Source of the DNA: Paraphysomonas bandaiensis
Lineage: Eukaryota; Protista; Chrysophyceae
Direction: 5' to 3'
Assembly: GCA_965644295.1 (NCBI GenBank)
Contig: CBFFRP010000272.1
Span: forward strand, 28,929-92,928
Length of the DNA: 64,000 nt
Shown here: one piece after another, positions 12,855-24,800 of the stretch
Numbering within the stretch: the stretch's first letter is position 1
Layout: every line of letters begins with the position of its first letter
Notes under the pieces: model-generated
The model's database searches: none
Seen by the model: only the letters and a program-made list of their open reading frames with translations
Told to the model about the DNA's origin: nothing
Made by a program: the position numbers and the translations under genes

Positions 12855-13794
12855 TATACGAAGTAGCATAGTATCACACATCACATTGTATATTGTATAC
12901 CCTATGTACAATGCACAGAGTGTCATGTTCACCGGAATAAACGCGCTTATTCATTTTTTATAATTAAAAAACGCATTTATTCGAAACACGCGCTGGTTGC
13001 CAACCAGTCTAGATATCTAGACGTATCTCATGTATATATATACAGGTATGGATACTCTGCTTTATTGAGTATTGACCATAAAAGTAAGACATGTATTGAC
13101 TGTATTGACTATATTTGATTCATGTATCGACTAAGAATATGACGGGACATATTTACAAAGCGTTATCTACAAAGCTCTTTAAACTCCATGAAGAAACTAT
13201 CACAGGGGAAAAGAGGAGCATTTCAAATGAAGTCGAGAAGAATCAGAAGAAGCGGTTCAAGAAAGGTTAAGGGTGAGTTTTTAGTGGGTAAGAATCCCAC
13301 ATAACTGTGTTACAGCGAAGTGTGATGTACACAGTATCTTTATGAAGATTTTCACATCCGTGTTATCCTATAAGATGACTAGATGATATATATAGCTGCA
13401 GTATAATGACGATTACTCGTTTCTACATTTTATTTAACGTATTCTACAATACTATCTTAGAGAACCATACGTATTCCAACATGCTTGATGGTTTGAGATT
13501 GTATAGATTGAATTGCTTGACAGTCAGTTCTGTAGGATTCCTTGCAGTACAGTATCGTAATGAATGAGAAATCAGTGATAATTATATTCCACGATTCAGT
13601 GACTCACTAGAATTACAATAAGTATTTACAACGTTTATTATTATTGACATTTCCTACTAAAAATAACACAAACGACACTATATTCAGCACCACTATCTTC
13701 TGCTCACATAACATGCGCTACGCCACTCCGTGCAAATAATTTAGCTAGCCTTTAACGACTTAGAAATAGAAGCACCACTGTATATAAATTACAC

Positions 13795-15521
13795 CTACTA
13801 GGTTAGCTAGCTCAGCGACGATCGGTATTGCCTATGACTCCTATACGCAACGCTAGAAGTGAGAAAAATATGAGAATGTAAACATATGTACCTGAATTTT
13901 TTTTGAATAACTCTTGCACTAACCCACCGTAGCATGCTAACAACACGATCATATACAACCTAGAATATAAATAAGTCGTACAATATGAGAAAATATTAAG
14001 TGTACCCCACCTGTATTTCTTGCTTTAGTGCATCAAACTGAGGGTGATACATTCCGATAGAAGTCTGCAATATATTTTCTTCGCTCCTACGCAAAAATAA
14101 GTGAGCTAAATCAGAAAAAAATACTTCTATTACTTAATGGCCAGTATCTCTTCAGTCTCCGCCGCAATGCATGAGTTCACTATCTCGCGGTGTATTGCAA
14201 GTTCTTTATCTGCCGCCTCGCGCACCGCTTGCTGGTTCATCTTGATCAAGTACGGATCTGATATAGGATGATGCTTAGTGTCGTGTGTGCTAGAATGAGC
14301 ATTCGCAGGGAGCCCAGCAGTGACATTAGCATACTTCTTATCATGCTCGTCACGAACTTCTATCGCTCTTCTCTGAGCCTCAGCTACTTCCCATGCCGCA
14401 CGATGTCTTCTCTTCTCAGCATCAATGTGACATAGCTCATATAGGGCACTAATGCGAACAAAGCTCGAATTTGCCTCACTCTCCACACACTGTAATCTCT
14501 CTCGCAGCCTCCTATATATATGCACCGGACAGCTCTGCAAAAGAGGGTCTCTGTCGACCTCAATGAGGGTGTTCTTTATTGCTTGCTTCATCATGTGAAT
14601 ACTCCGACGATACTCACTATTGATCTGTCTACGCCCAACTTCACTGGAAAAATGATCATCGCTGGAATTCAGATGCGGTCTCTCATCCGATAGGTTTGTG
14701 CTTTGTGCATTGTCACCAGCATCGTGGTCTTGCTCCAGTTCATCAGTTTCCAGGGACTCGTCCCCAACTGCCTCCTCGTCAGCCTCAACTACCACTGGCA
14801 ACTCGCGCTCAGGCTCTGTTTGATAATCGTCCTACGTATTATGTCAATTAAACATCGAAGAACATTGAGTGAATTGAATATCGAAGAAACACAGTGCTAC
14901 CTTGCTTTCAGATTCGGCGTCCTCTGCAGTCTGGGCTCCCCAGTAGCTTCCATTGAACAGGTGCATCTTTCTCAGCTTCGCATTCATGTCATTTTCTTCA
15001 TCTGCAGAGCTCTGAGCCCCCCAATATAAAATCTCTTCCGAATCTGAAGTGTGTGTACCATTTACTGGACTACGAGACGCCTCCTCTTTAATACAGTCGA
15101 TAATTGAGGGCATTTCATCCAGATAGGAATCTAGCCTTTTGGCATCTTTTAGAACAGATATATAAGATTTCTTTAGAGGGGGTGTATTGTCACCAATCTT
15201 TCGAATATAGGCCTCGGATATGGACTTATTGTGATTTTCTAGAAAGCGCACCATCCGCTCTACATGTCGCTGATGTTTCTCATGTATAGAACGCTCAGAT
15301 ATAGATGGTTCCGCAGAGTGGATAGAGCGCTGTTGCTTTGAGATTTTCTTTTTTCGTCGAATTGTACTCTCAACATTCGTGTGGATGCTCTTGGCTTCTC
15401 CACTCTTTTCAATCTTTTTAGTGTGAGATATGATGCGTGGGTGTAATTGATGACCACAGCTCTCACAGAACACCCACTCCACTGGTACACTCCGATGACA
15501 GAAACCACACGTATGAGGCAT
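13795..15521 (-). CDS. Hypothetical protein with N-terminal zinc ribbon and coiled-coil region (multi-exon; 3' end approximate)
   Basis: CGFC...CESCG motif at the N-terminus. ORFs 14844-15539 and 14130-14801 can be joined by a short GT-AG intron, and further small exons appear to follow. Confidence 0.55.
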
Positions 15522-16150
15522 CAGCTCGATGATATACAATTAATAATAATATGACAAAGTGATTTAAAAGGAGTTTGAATTCCACCCCCTCATTACCGCC
15601 TGTGAACAATCTATCTGTATATGCGACACACTCAGAGCCCTCCCATTGTACATATATATAAACCAAGTTGTCTCATTCTGCTCTTAATTGAATAAGATTG
15701 ATAATAAAGCAACCAATCCTGTATGTACTCCTCAGACACAGAGATGGATATCTACTCAGCAGTATCGTGGGCTACTCCATTAACAGCACATGGATATGAC
15801 ACACTGCTGTGCTCTGTATATTCCACCATATCTCGAGAACGAGAAGTCACCAGCAGCAAAGAGTTTTATTAACTAAAATGCAACGGCCATTGTATTGGTG
15901 CATTTATAGCCAATTATATCATCGATATCATGTTTTCTTACATTCTGTTGGTCTATTCTCTGTCCGTTCTAGCTGTAGTACACGCAGCAGTCAGTTTCAA
16001 CGGTAGTGTTAATAGGCCTGATCTCGTATAGAGTGTCTGCTATTATAAGTAGAGTTTCGAGAGTAATTACAAGAAGGAAAGTGTCAATTGTACTGATTAA
16101 ACTATAAGAAGTATCTTTTGACTTAGTTTTGAACAAATTATTTCATAGTT

Positions 16151-17220
16151 ATGTCGACGAAGATGCTACTAGACGACACAGGGAGGCATGGCACTCATGG
16201 AACCATATATACTGTGAAACGAGACCCAGCACATGATCGCCGTGATCATATTAAGGATAAAAATAAGAAAGATTTTCCGTTTGTCACGGGATCCTCTTAC
16301 AAAGGAAGTTGGAAAGATAATAAAAAGGAAGGATTCGGAGTTGAGACTTGTTCAGATGGTACGAAATATGAGGGCGAATGGCGAGCAGACATGAGGCACG
16401 GAAGAGGCACACTGTGGGTGAAACAGAAAAAAAAGTACATCAAGCAGTATGCTGGTAACTGGGTGCATGGAAAAATGGAAGGCCAAGGTGTGTATTCCTA
16501 TGAAGATGGTACAATTTATAAAGGACACTGGGTACGCAATCGCCGTTCTAATTTTGGGCGACTTGAGTGTCCTAATGGGGATGTTTACACGGGAGAGTGG
16601 TGTAACGATGTGCGCCAAGGCCAGGGGACTTTGTTTCTAAGCAATGGTAATATATATGAGGGTTACTGGGTGAATAACTTAAAAGAAGGCCCCGGAAAAT
16701 TTTTTTATGCTGCCACAAACAAGGTTGCCCGTTCTATTAGTATTTTATTTGTGTACTTAAATTTTTGCATTATCAGGTGTATGAGGGCGAGTGGGTTGAG
16801 GATTCACCGCAATGTGGTGAGTTCAGAGACCCCACTGACGACGAACAGAAGAGATTCGGTAAGCCACTAATCCGCAAGTCAGGATTTAAGTTACCTGAGC
16901 TGATGCTCGAAAACACCCGTGCAGTTATTGACTGCACTGTTGCTGCGACTCGAAACGAAAGGGCCTCCTGCAGAGGCGTAAGCGCGCATGGAATCAGCCA
17001 GGAGTCTATGCAGATTGCAGAAGAGCTGTTTGCTGAAATTGACACTGCGTGTGTAGGTCTAATACCATTTGGTAGTATTGTTCCTGTTGTCGCTGCCCTT
17101 GGAGTTAATATATCGGAGTCGGACCTCTTGGAGTTAGAAAGAGTTTTGGAGGTATCTGGAGAGACTGAATTGTCATTTCCTGAAGTTGTAGACATTGCAG
17201 CGTTTTACGAAAGCGGTTAA
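16151..17220 (+). CDS. MORN repeat protein (MORN3-like) with C-terminal EF-hand-like region
   Basis: About 7 MORN repeats (YxGxWxxxxxxGxG). One intron at ~16724-16777. C-terminal LFAEIDTACVGLI...ELSFPEVVDI resembles an EF-hand pair. Confidence 0.85.
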
Positions 17221-18165
17221 TTTTTTGTATATTTTCCATATACATTATATTAAGATAGTGTTTGATTTATGGGATGAATTTGAGCTGCTGAGTAATAGTA
17301 AGGGTATCGTTAATAATGGCTGTAGTTAATGTACTTCTTTTGTTGGTTTTTTTATTCAAGTGGAAATTTATATATCACATCTTAAGATGACATTGTACAG
17401 CTACTGATCATAGGTACAAACCCATTATCAGTAAGCTTACTAAGTACTTCTGAATTTACTCCAGAAATATTTCGAATTCCTTGAACAAGGCAGGCTGTAT
17501 TACCACAAATATTATTACTCTATCCTTTTTAATTTAACAATATGTTAAAATTGCTAGAACTATCAGCATTTGACATTTTGGGTGAGTAAACTTGCTTAAA
17601 TAACTAAGAGTTTAAGTAAGAGTTAAATAAATAACAATAAAGTTTCAACACTTTAGTACATGAATGCGGGAATATGTAGTTCCTTTAATAGACCGGGATA
17701 TGTAGTAGAAGTAAGAAGAATAGTACCCAGCAGGCTTTGCTAGCATCGCCAAAAAGGGTTTGAATGAAGTGTACTCTATCAACGGATGATTTCTATAAAG
17801 AACTTTATAATGCCTATACTATTGTGGTAGCAATCTAGACTTCGGGGAAACTGTCATCGCAAAGGTAGAACAATGGCCTTTAGTCTATCCCTTAGAGATT
17901 TTTCAGATCCCCTGTTTTCGTCATGATAAACTTGTCCATAAGTAGTCAAAGCCAGTCAGTCACATACAAGTACTGACTTTCCTAAATCATCAAACTCATG
18001 TATAAAAGGCAACAAACTACTAATATAGACCAGTGAAGTTCTCGTCTTTAGCGCTGAAGAGGAATATGCGTAGCAGTTGCACTTTTACACGAGTGCGTAT
18101 CTGACTGCAGTGTGTCGTGTTCTATCACGACGACATGGTTATCGATAAGTAGCCACTATTCTCTG

Positions 18166-18393
18166 CGGGAGTATATATCCATCGTTCGTTCTACTCGTGG
18201 GGTGTCCTCTATCACAGAGGGTATGAGCGAAATTCGTCGCTGTTGAGAGATACGACGTAAATAAATTCCACAGGTATTCATTTGATGTCCCAATGAATTA
18301 ATGCCTCTGTATGCTACTGTCACTGCTATCAGCTCTCTGATTGTGATATCCATCTACTCCATAGATACCACACTACACACTGTATCTACAGGC
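18166..18393 (-). pseudogene. Truncated duplicate of the ClpP 5' end
   Basis: Near-identical to 62312-62549 (three substitutions and a small indel seen). Reading stops just after MDIYSR. Confidence 0.8.
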
Positions 18394-19165
18394 ATGTATG
18401 TATGTATGTATGTATGTATGTATGTATGTATGTATGTATGTATGTATGTATGTATGTATGTATGTATGTATGTATGTATGTATGTATGTATGTATGTATG
18501 TATGTATGTATGTATGTATGTATGTATGTATGTATGTATGTATGTATGTATGTATGTATGTATGTATGTATGTATGTATGTATGTATGTATGTATGTATG
18601 TATGTATGTATGTATGTATGTATGTATGTATGTATGTATGTATGTATGTATGTATGTATGTATGTATGTATGTATGTATGTATGTATGTATGTATGTATG
18701 TATGTATGTATGTATGTATGTATGTATGTATGTATGTATGTATGTATGTATGTATGTATGTATGTATGTATGTATGTATGTATGTATGTATGTATGTATG
18801 TATGTATGTATGTATGTATGTATGTATGTATGTATGTATGTATGTATGTATGTATGTATGTATGTATGTATGTATGTATGTATGTATGTATGTATGTATG
18901 TATGTATGTATGTATGTATGTATGTATGTATGTATGTATGTATGTATGTATGTATGTATGTATGTATGTATGTATGTATGTATGTATGTATGTATGTATG
19001 TATGTATGTATGTATGTATGTATGTATGTATGTATGTATGTATGTATGTATGTATGTATGTATGTATGTATGTATGTATGTATGTATGTATGTATGTATG
19101 TATGTATGTATGTATGTATGTATGTATGTATGTATGTATGTATGTATGTATGTATGTATGTATGT
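18394..19165. repeat. (TATG)n microsatellite, ~770 bp, apparently perfect
   Basis: Directly visible. Confidence 0.99.
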
Positions 19166-19253
19166 GTAGGTATGAAGGGACAGTGTTATAGTTCGTATTG
19201 TGGGTATTCGTCTGAATGTAGTGGTTTGGTTAGGCACACTAGTATTTACAACT

Positions 19254-21088
19254 ATGTCTAGTTTTCGCAAGGCATCAAAATCTGCGGCTGATGAATCTGG
19301 GGCCCCTCGACTAGAAGGTGTGAAGCCATGGCTGAATGGTCAGAATCTGGTGTCTAGTGGCAACAGGGAATTAGACGATATTCTGGGTGGAGGACACGCC
19401 TTAGGCACTCTCTGTTTACTTCACGAGGATATTCACTCAAACTACGCGGAGACACTGCTACAGTACTCTATCGCTGAGTCGATTAGCCAGGGACACAAGA
19501 CGTTAATTATATGCCGAAACACTGCTGAGGCAGAACAACTGATAGCGGGGCTTCCATTCAATATGAACAAGAGTAAGTTATCAATTGGAAAAACAGAGGG
19601 TCCTAGTACTGCAGAGGATAGAAAGAAACATTTAAAGATCGCGTGGCAGTACGGGAAATATATTAAAGGTGAAGTGTGTGAATTTACCTTCGGCCTTTGT
19701 AAATTTGCTTTTGTACCTTCAGACAAGGAGACTCCAAAGGGTAGGGGGGTGGGATCATTTTGTTCTAGTTATGACCTTGCGAGCAGGTAAGACCCCATAT
19801 TCTTTGTGTTAGTTTGATATGTATGACCAGAATGCAACCTGACGTCTTGGAAGCGAATTATCCACGAGTTTTCGCCGTATATCGTGATAGATCTTCATCT
19901 GATTCTCTGTTTGATTCCGACTCATCTTGTAAATTTTCACGCACAATATGTCGCACGCTTATATATATCTTTTCATTCAGGTGAATGCCAATTGACTGAC
20001 GCATGTCACAAGATTATCCGCGTGATCTCCGCGTTTAAGCAAGCCCACAGTAACTCCCGCACACCGTTGCGGGTGTTTATTCCCCGTCTGTTTGGCGCAC
20101 CCAATGAACATAATCTGAATGTCCCGTCTGCATGCCCTGCACTCAGAAACTTTTTTTTATTTCTGAGATACCTAATTTCTCCTCGCATGACTGTTCAAGT
20201 TACACTCCAGGACGACACTATCCCTCCAGGGCTCGGGAGACACCTGAATACTACAGCTGATACCGTGCTGGAAGTTGATTCCTTTGCTGGACACGAGGCA
20301 ACAGTACCAGTAGAATATAGGTATACATGAGCGTGACTCCACGTGGCATCGTTTGTCTATTCTCGCCTATATGCTGGTATACGTGGTATGAGCTGTGTAA
20401 ACATGTCGTGTAGTGTGGTTCTAGACGACGGTGTAAACGCATATATTTATACTAACATTATCTGTATTCACAGGTTTTTCTGTGGGTTTTTATTGATACA
20501 CAAGCTTCAACAGGTGAGTATGTGTACTGATACCACTCTTAGCCATGGTTCTATGTTGTGTTAGGTAGTGTATGCTTGAGATTCTACGCTGCACATACAT
20601 GTCTCCATAGCTAATGACAAGCAATTATTTTGTCTCAGATTGGTGCAATGGTACCGCACCGCCCCTCTGCGGCCCGTTTTGGGCTCAAGAGAGACAGGCG
20701 TAAACTACATGTGGAGCCTCTTCATCTGCCCCCAGAAGATAGTCGAGCATCTAAGTACGCTACTGATACACCTACCAACAAGCTCCCAACGGAGAGATCA
20801 GCTAGTTTGAATAAGCCTCTAGCCACAGTTGGACCGAAAGCTGTAGTTGATGCAGGTATCCGGGGTGTTCCGATGGCTACAGAAATGGCAACGGGAGGTG
20901 TACAGAGTGCAGTTCCTGGTATTTCTGCTGCGCAGATACCTGGAAGAAGTGAACGATCTATTCATCCTGCTGTACAGGCATCAATGGCTCAGAGAGCAAT
21001 GCGAGCAGGGGCTCAGTCATCATCCACACCCGCAGGATCAATTTGTAAGTCGAATATTCCCGGTCAGGCTAACTTATATGATTTCTAA
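19254..21088 (+). CDS. ELP4: Elongator complex protein 4 (multi-exon)
   Basis: MSSFRK N-terminus, VSSGNRELDDILGGG, LKIAWQY, FCSSYDL, KRDRRKLHVEPLHLPPE and terminal YDF match the Elp4/PAXNEB family. Confidence 0.9.
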
Positions 21089-21590
21089 TTTAGACTAGCA
21101 TTTTGCCTATAAATAATTTATGTATTACATTAGCGACTCTTATTATTAAGTCCATAGCTACAACATTACAAATTAGATAAAACCGTTCTCATGTAATAAT
21201 CAGACATTTCTTCTGCTAGTAATAAGGCATTCACTACTACAACTACCACGGTGACGTTGTGATTTAGCAAACGAGAGAATGAATATAGTGAATAGATAGC
21301 GAGTATTACTTGTTTCGTCACGAAAGTTTCGTGGTATTGTAGCATTGATTCATGGCTAATGCTGCCTGTACATATTATATGAAAGTCTTATTTTTGCAGC
21401 AGGCGTCAAGAACCGACACCAGAAAAGTATTTAAATGAAGACTAGTCAAGCTAGATCGACCTCTACCAGTAACTAACTAGTACAAATTCTCCCATCCTAC
21501 TATTTAACGCTACAGCTAATGCTGTACGGGAGATCATTGTTTGATACATTTCCAACATATCTTATTTGAAAGCAATGAAACATTACAAGT

Positions 21591-21852
21591 TATTAGGATT
21601 CAGCTTAATACATGATTGTATCTGTGAGTTATAATGTTCAATGAAATATACCATGAACTGAATTAGAGAGAGTATCTGTCGAAGATACGTGATCGTCATC
21701 ATAACGTCGTCATTATCAGTTACACTTCTAACTATTCCGTTGTGCATGATAGTACGTTCTATATTGTTATTCATAATTTTCACTCTATCGTGTTCATTAC
21801 TTACACTCTAATAATCACAACATTGTTTTACTAATAAGCTTAAATCTTATTT
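21591..21852 (+). repeat. 5' LTR of intact Copia element (TA...TT termini)
   Basis: Direct repeat of 27079-27340. Confidence 0.95.
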
Positions 21853-21862
21853 TGGTAGCGAG

Positions 21863-24800
21863 ATGTCAGTTAAAGTTACAAGTTACGACTCAACCGACTC
21901 GGATTCAACAACCGAAAAACAGAAAGACTCAATGCCAAAGTTCGACGCGAAGAACTTCTCCAAGTGGCAGAAGAAGTGCCGTGCATGGTTTTACAGAAAG
22001 CCCAAGATCGTTTATACCCTACAAAACGATCATCCAACTGAACCTGAAGAAGGAGAGATTTCAGATGACGAAGATTACCAATATCGACTCGACCAGTATC
22101 ACGAAACGAAACGATATTATGATGAAGGTAATAACTACCTATGGTCTGTCATTTCGAGCGCTGTCATTGGTCAGGATGAAGAGGCCGAAGGGATTTTGGA
22201 AAACGTCCCCGATGGAGACGGAAAAACCGCCTGGACCGATTTGCTAGCCCACTTCAAGGAAAAAACGACAAATGACGTAATCACCGACCTGATTGGTCAA
22301 TTTCAGAGCCTAAAAATCAAAAAAGGTCAGTCAATAATCAATTTTCTTGACGCTATCGAAAAGCTCAAAAACAAGCTTATCAATTATGGTCATCGGATCA
22401 ACGACCAAGACTTAATATCCCGAATACGACAGGGAATTGTTTCAGAAGATAACATGGTTTACCGAGAATTGGCAATTAATCTGCAGCTACATCCAATTGA
22501 TGATTATAAAGTATTGATTCGCAGACTTCGCGGATTAGGAAGCTCGTCTGTTGGAACGCTCCTATCATCCAACAATGAAGACACAAAAACTGACAGTAGT
22601 CACCTCGCAACATCAAAACCCCCACTTTCCCGCAGCAAAGTCAATTTTAAGCGAAAAAGAGGGACATCTTCCAAATATCGCTCCAATAAACAGAAACATG
22701 ATAAGAGAACCGATAAAGACATTAAGTGCTTCAGATGCGGAGGAAAGGGGCACATTGCATCGGAATGCAAGCACTCCTGGGAGAAGATTCAAGAGATGAA
22801 AAGCTCCTCCGACAACAAGTCATCAACAAGAGGAAAACCGAAATTCAAGAGAGTGAAATTCCAGACTCAGAGTAACGAATATTTCCACGACCACTCTGAT
22901 CAACTTGCAAATTATGAAGACAGTGGTCCATCGTCAGACTATCAAAAAGGACGAGATTACGGAGGAGTTGCTTACACACCGAGCGATGAATCACACTTCG
23001 TTAGTGATCAAAAGGCAGGAATGGGATCTCTTGACTCGGGGTGCACAGTATCAATTACATCAGAAGCAAGCTACCTTACGGACTACACTGATTGCCTCAC
23101 CGAGATTCAAACAGCCAAATCAGGGTCTACAATGATATCCTCAGGTCATGGAAGACTTGGAATCATCCCCAAGTGCAAACACGTGGACCAAGCGTCTAGG
23201 ACCCTCATTTCTATTAGCCAACTGGATGACCTCGGACATGAAATCATATTCAGAAACCAGTCAGTGGAAATATTTAAAGACGGCATATTGCTATCGAAAG
23301 GCCAGCGCGTTGGAGGCCTATACGAAATTCCACTATCAGACCTCGGTATTCCCACTGATGAATCTCACCTCGCATCAACTGCCTCAGGTCAACCCGCACT
23401 GTTAGCACATAAGAGACTAGCACATGCATCACTTGGACTCATACAGAAGGCAATAAAATCACGTCTAATAACTGGTGTCAAGATGACAAAAGAGGAGATG
23501 AGTGTTGCCTCTCTACCTGGCGGTTTATGCGATGGATGTGCGACTGGGAAATCACATAGACGAAAGCACAGGAATGCCACCCGCCAAATGTTGTTGAAAA
23601 GAATGAGAAGGGCAAAGGAGCTGGGGGAGCTCATAGTAGCCGATTTCTCAGGACCACATACACCCGATGCAATTATTACCGGAAATCGATATGTACTTGG
23701 GATCGCCGATGTAGCATCAAGGTACCAGTGGGACTCCTACGGAACAACGAGAGATGAAAACTTCGTTATCCAATCCATTCAGAAAGTCGTCACGTATCTA
23801 CGCAGTAGGGGTAAACGACTACAACATTACCATGCCGATGGAGGGAAGGAACTAGTCTCACGAAAAGTATTGGAATATCTCCAATACATTGGAGCAACAT
23901 GGACTTTTAACGCTCCCTATACTCCCGAGGACAACCCATTTCAAGAGCGACCATGGAGAACCATCAAAGAACGAGCACTTAGTAGCTTGATGGATTCAGG
24001 TCTTCCAACGAATTTCTGGGAACAAGCCATGAAGACATCCACACACATGAAGAACAGGCTACCTTGCAAAACTGCTAAAGGATTCATGTCCCCACTCCAA
24101 TTCATCGAAAACGAAATACCAGACTTGAGTTATGCCAGAATATGGGGATGTAAATGCTTTGTGAATATCGATTCCAGTCTCCGAAAGAACAACTGGGACA
24201 GACATAGCTGGCCTGGGTATTTTATGGGCTATCGAGAGGATGGTCCTGGATATATAGTCTTTGTTCCCGCATTAAGAGACTTTGTTATATCAGGACATGT
24301 ATTTTTCAACGAATGTGTTCCACCAGCAGATAAGAGATACTTTAAGGAGATAAATGAGATATTCAGAGAGAATGAGACCACCAGGACAGTAGAAAGTTTC
24401 AAATATCTCATAGGTCTAGCTCATGTAGATCCAGACGATGGATTAACATATGTAACGACTCAAATAAAGCTCAGAAAAGGATTAATCTCAGCGTATCGTG
24501 GTCTAGTGGACGACAGCGGTGACACTACACGAATCATCCAGCTCGACGACCCCATTCATGCTGCAGACGTCGAAAAGTACACTGAAGAATACATAGAACT
24601 CAAAGCAGTTGGTCTCAAATGTATTACGTCTCGATCGAAAACCCCAATACATAAATCCAGCAAATCAGATCAAAACCCCGATACAGTTATTGGATCTCCA
24701 GCGCCAGCCGCTACTTCCAGGGGGAGTGGCGAGAATCTCAGACATCATGATGCCGCGCAGGAGAGAATCAGCAGCCATCGGTGTGAACCTACCCACTCCG

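Noticed and set aside
18301-19270. Long MYVC/YIHT-repeat ORFs (also 62554-62883)
   Set aside because: Artefacts of stop-free (TATG)n microsatellites.
21583-21783. Identical short antisense ORFs in the LTRs (also 27065-27271, 33909-34118, 37674-37883)
   Set aside because: They recur only because the LTRs are duplicated, and they have no protein-like features.
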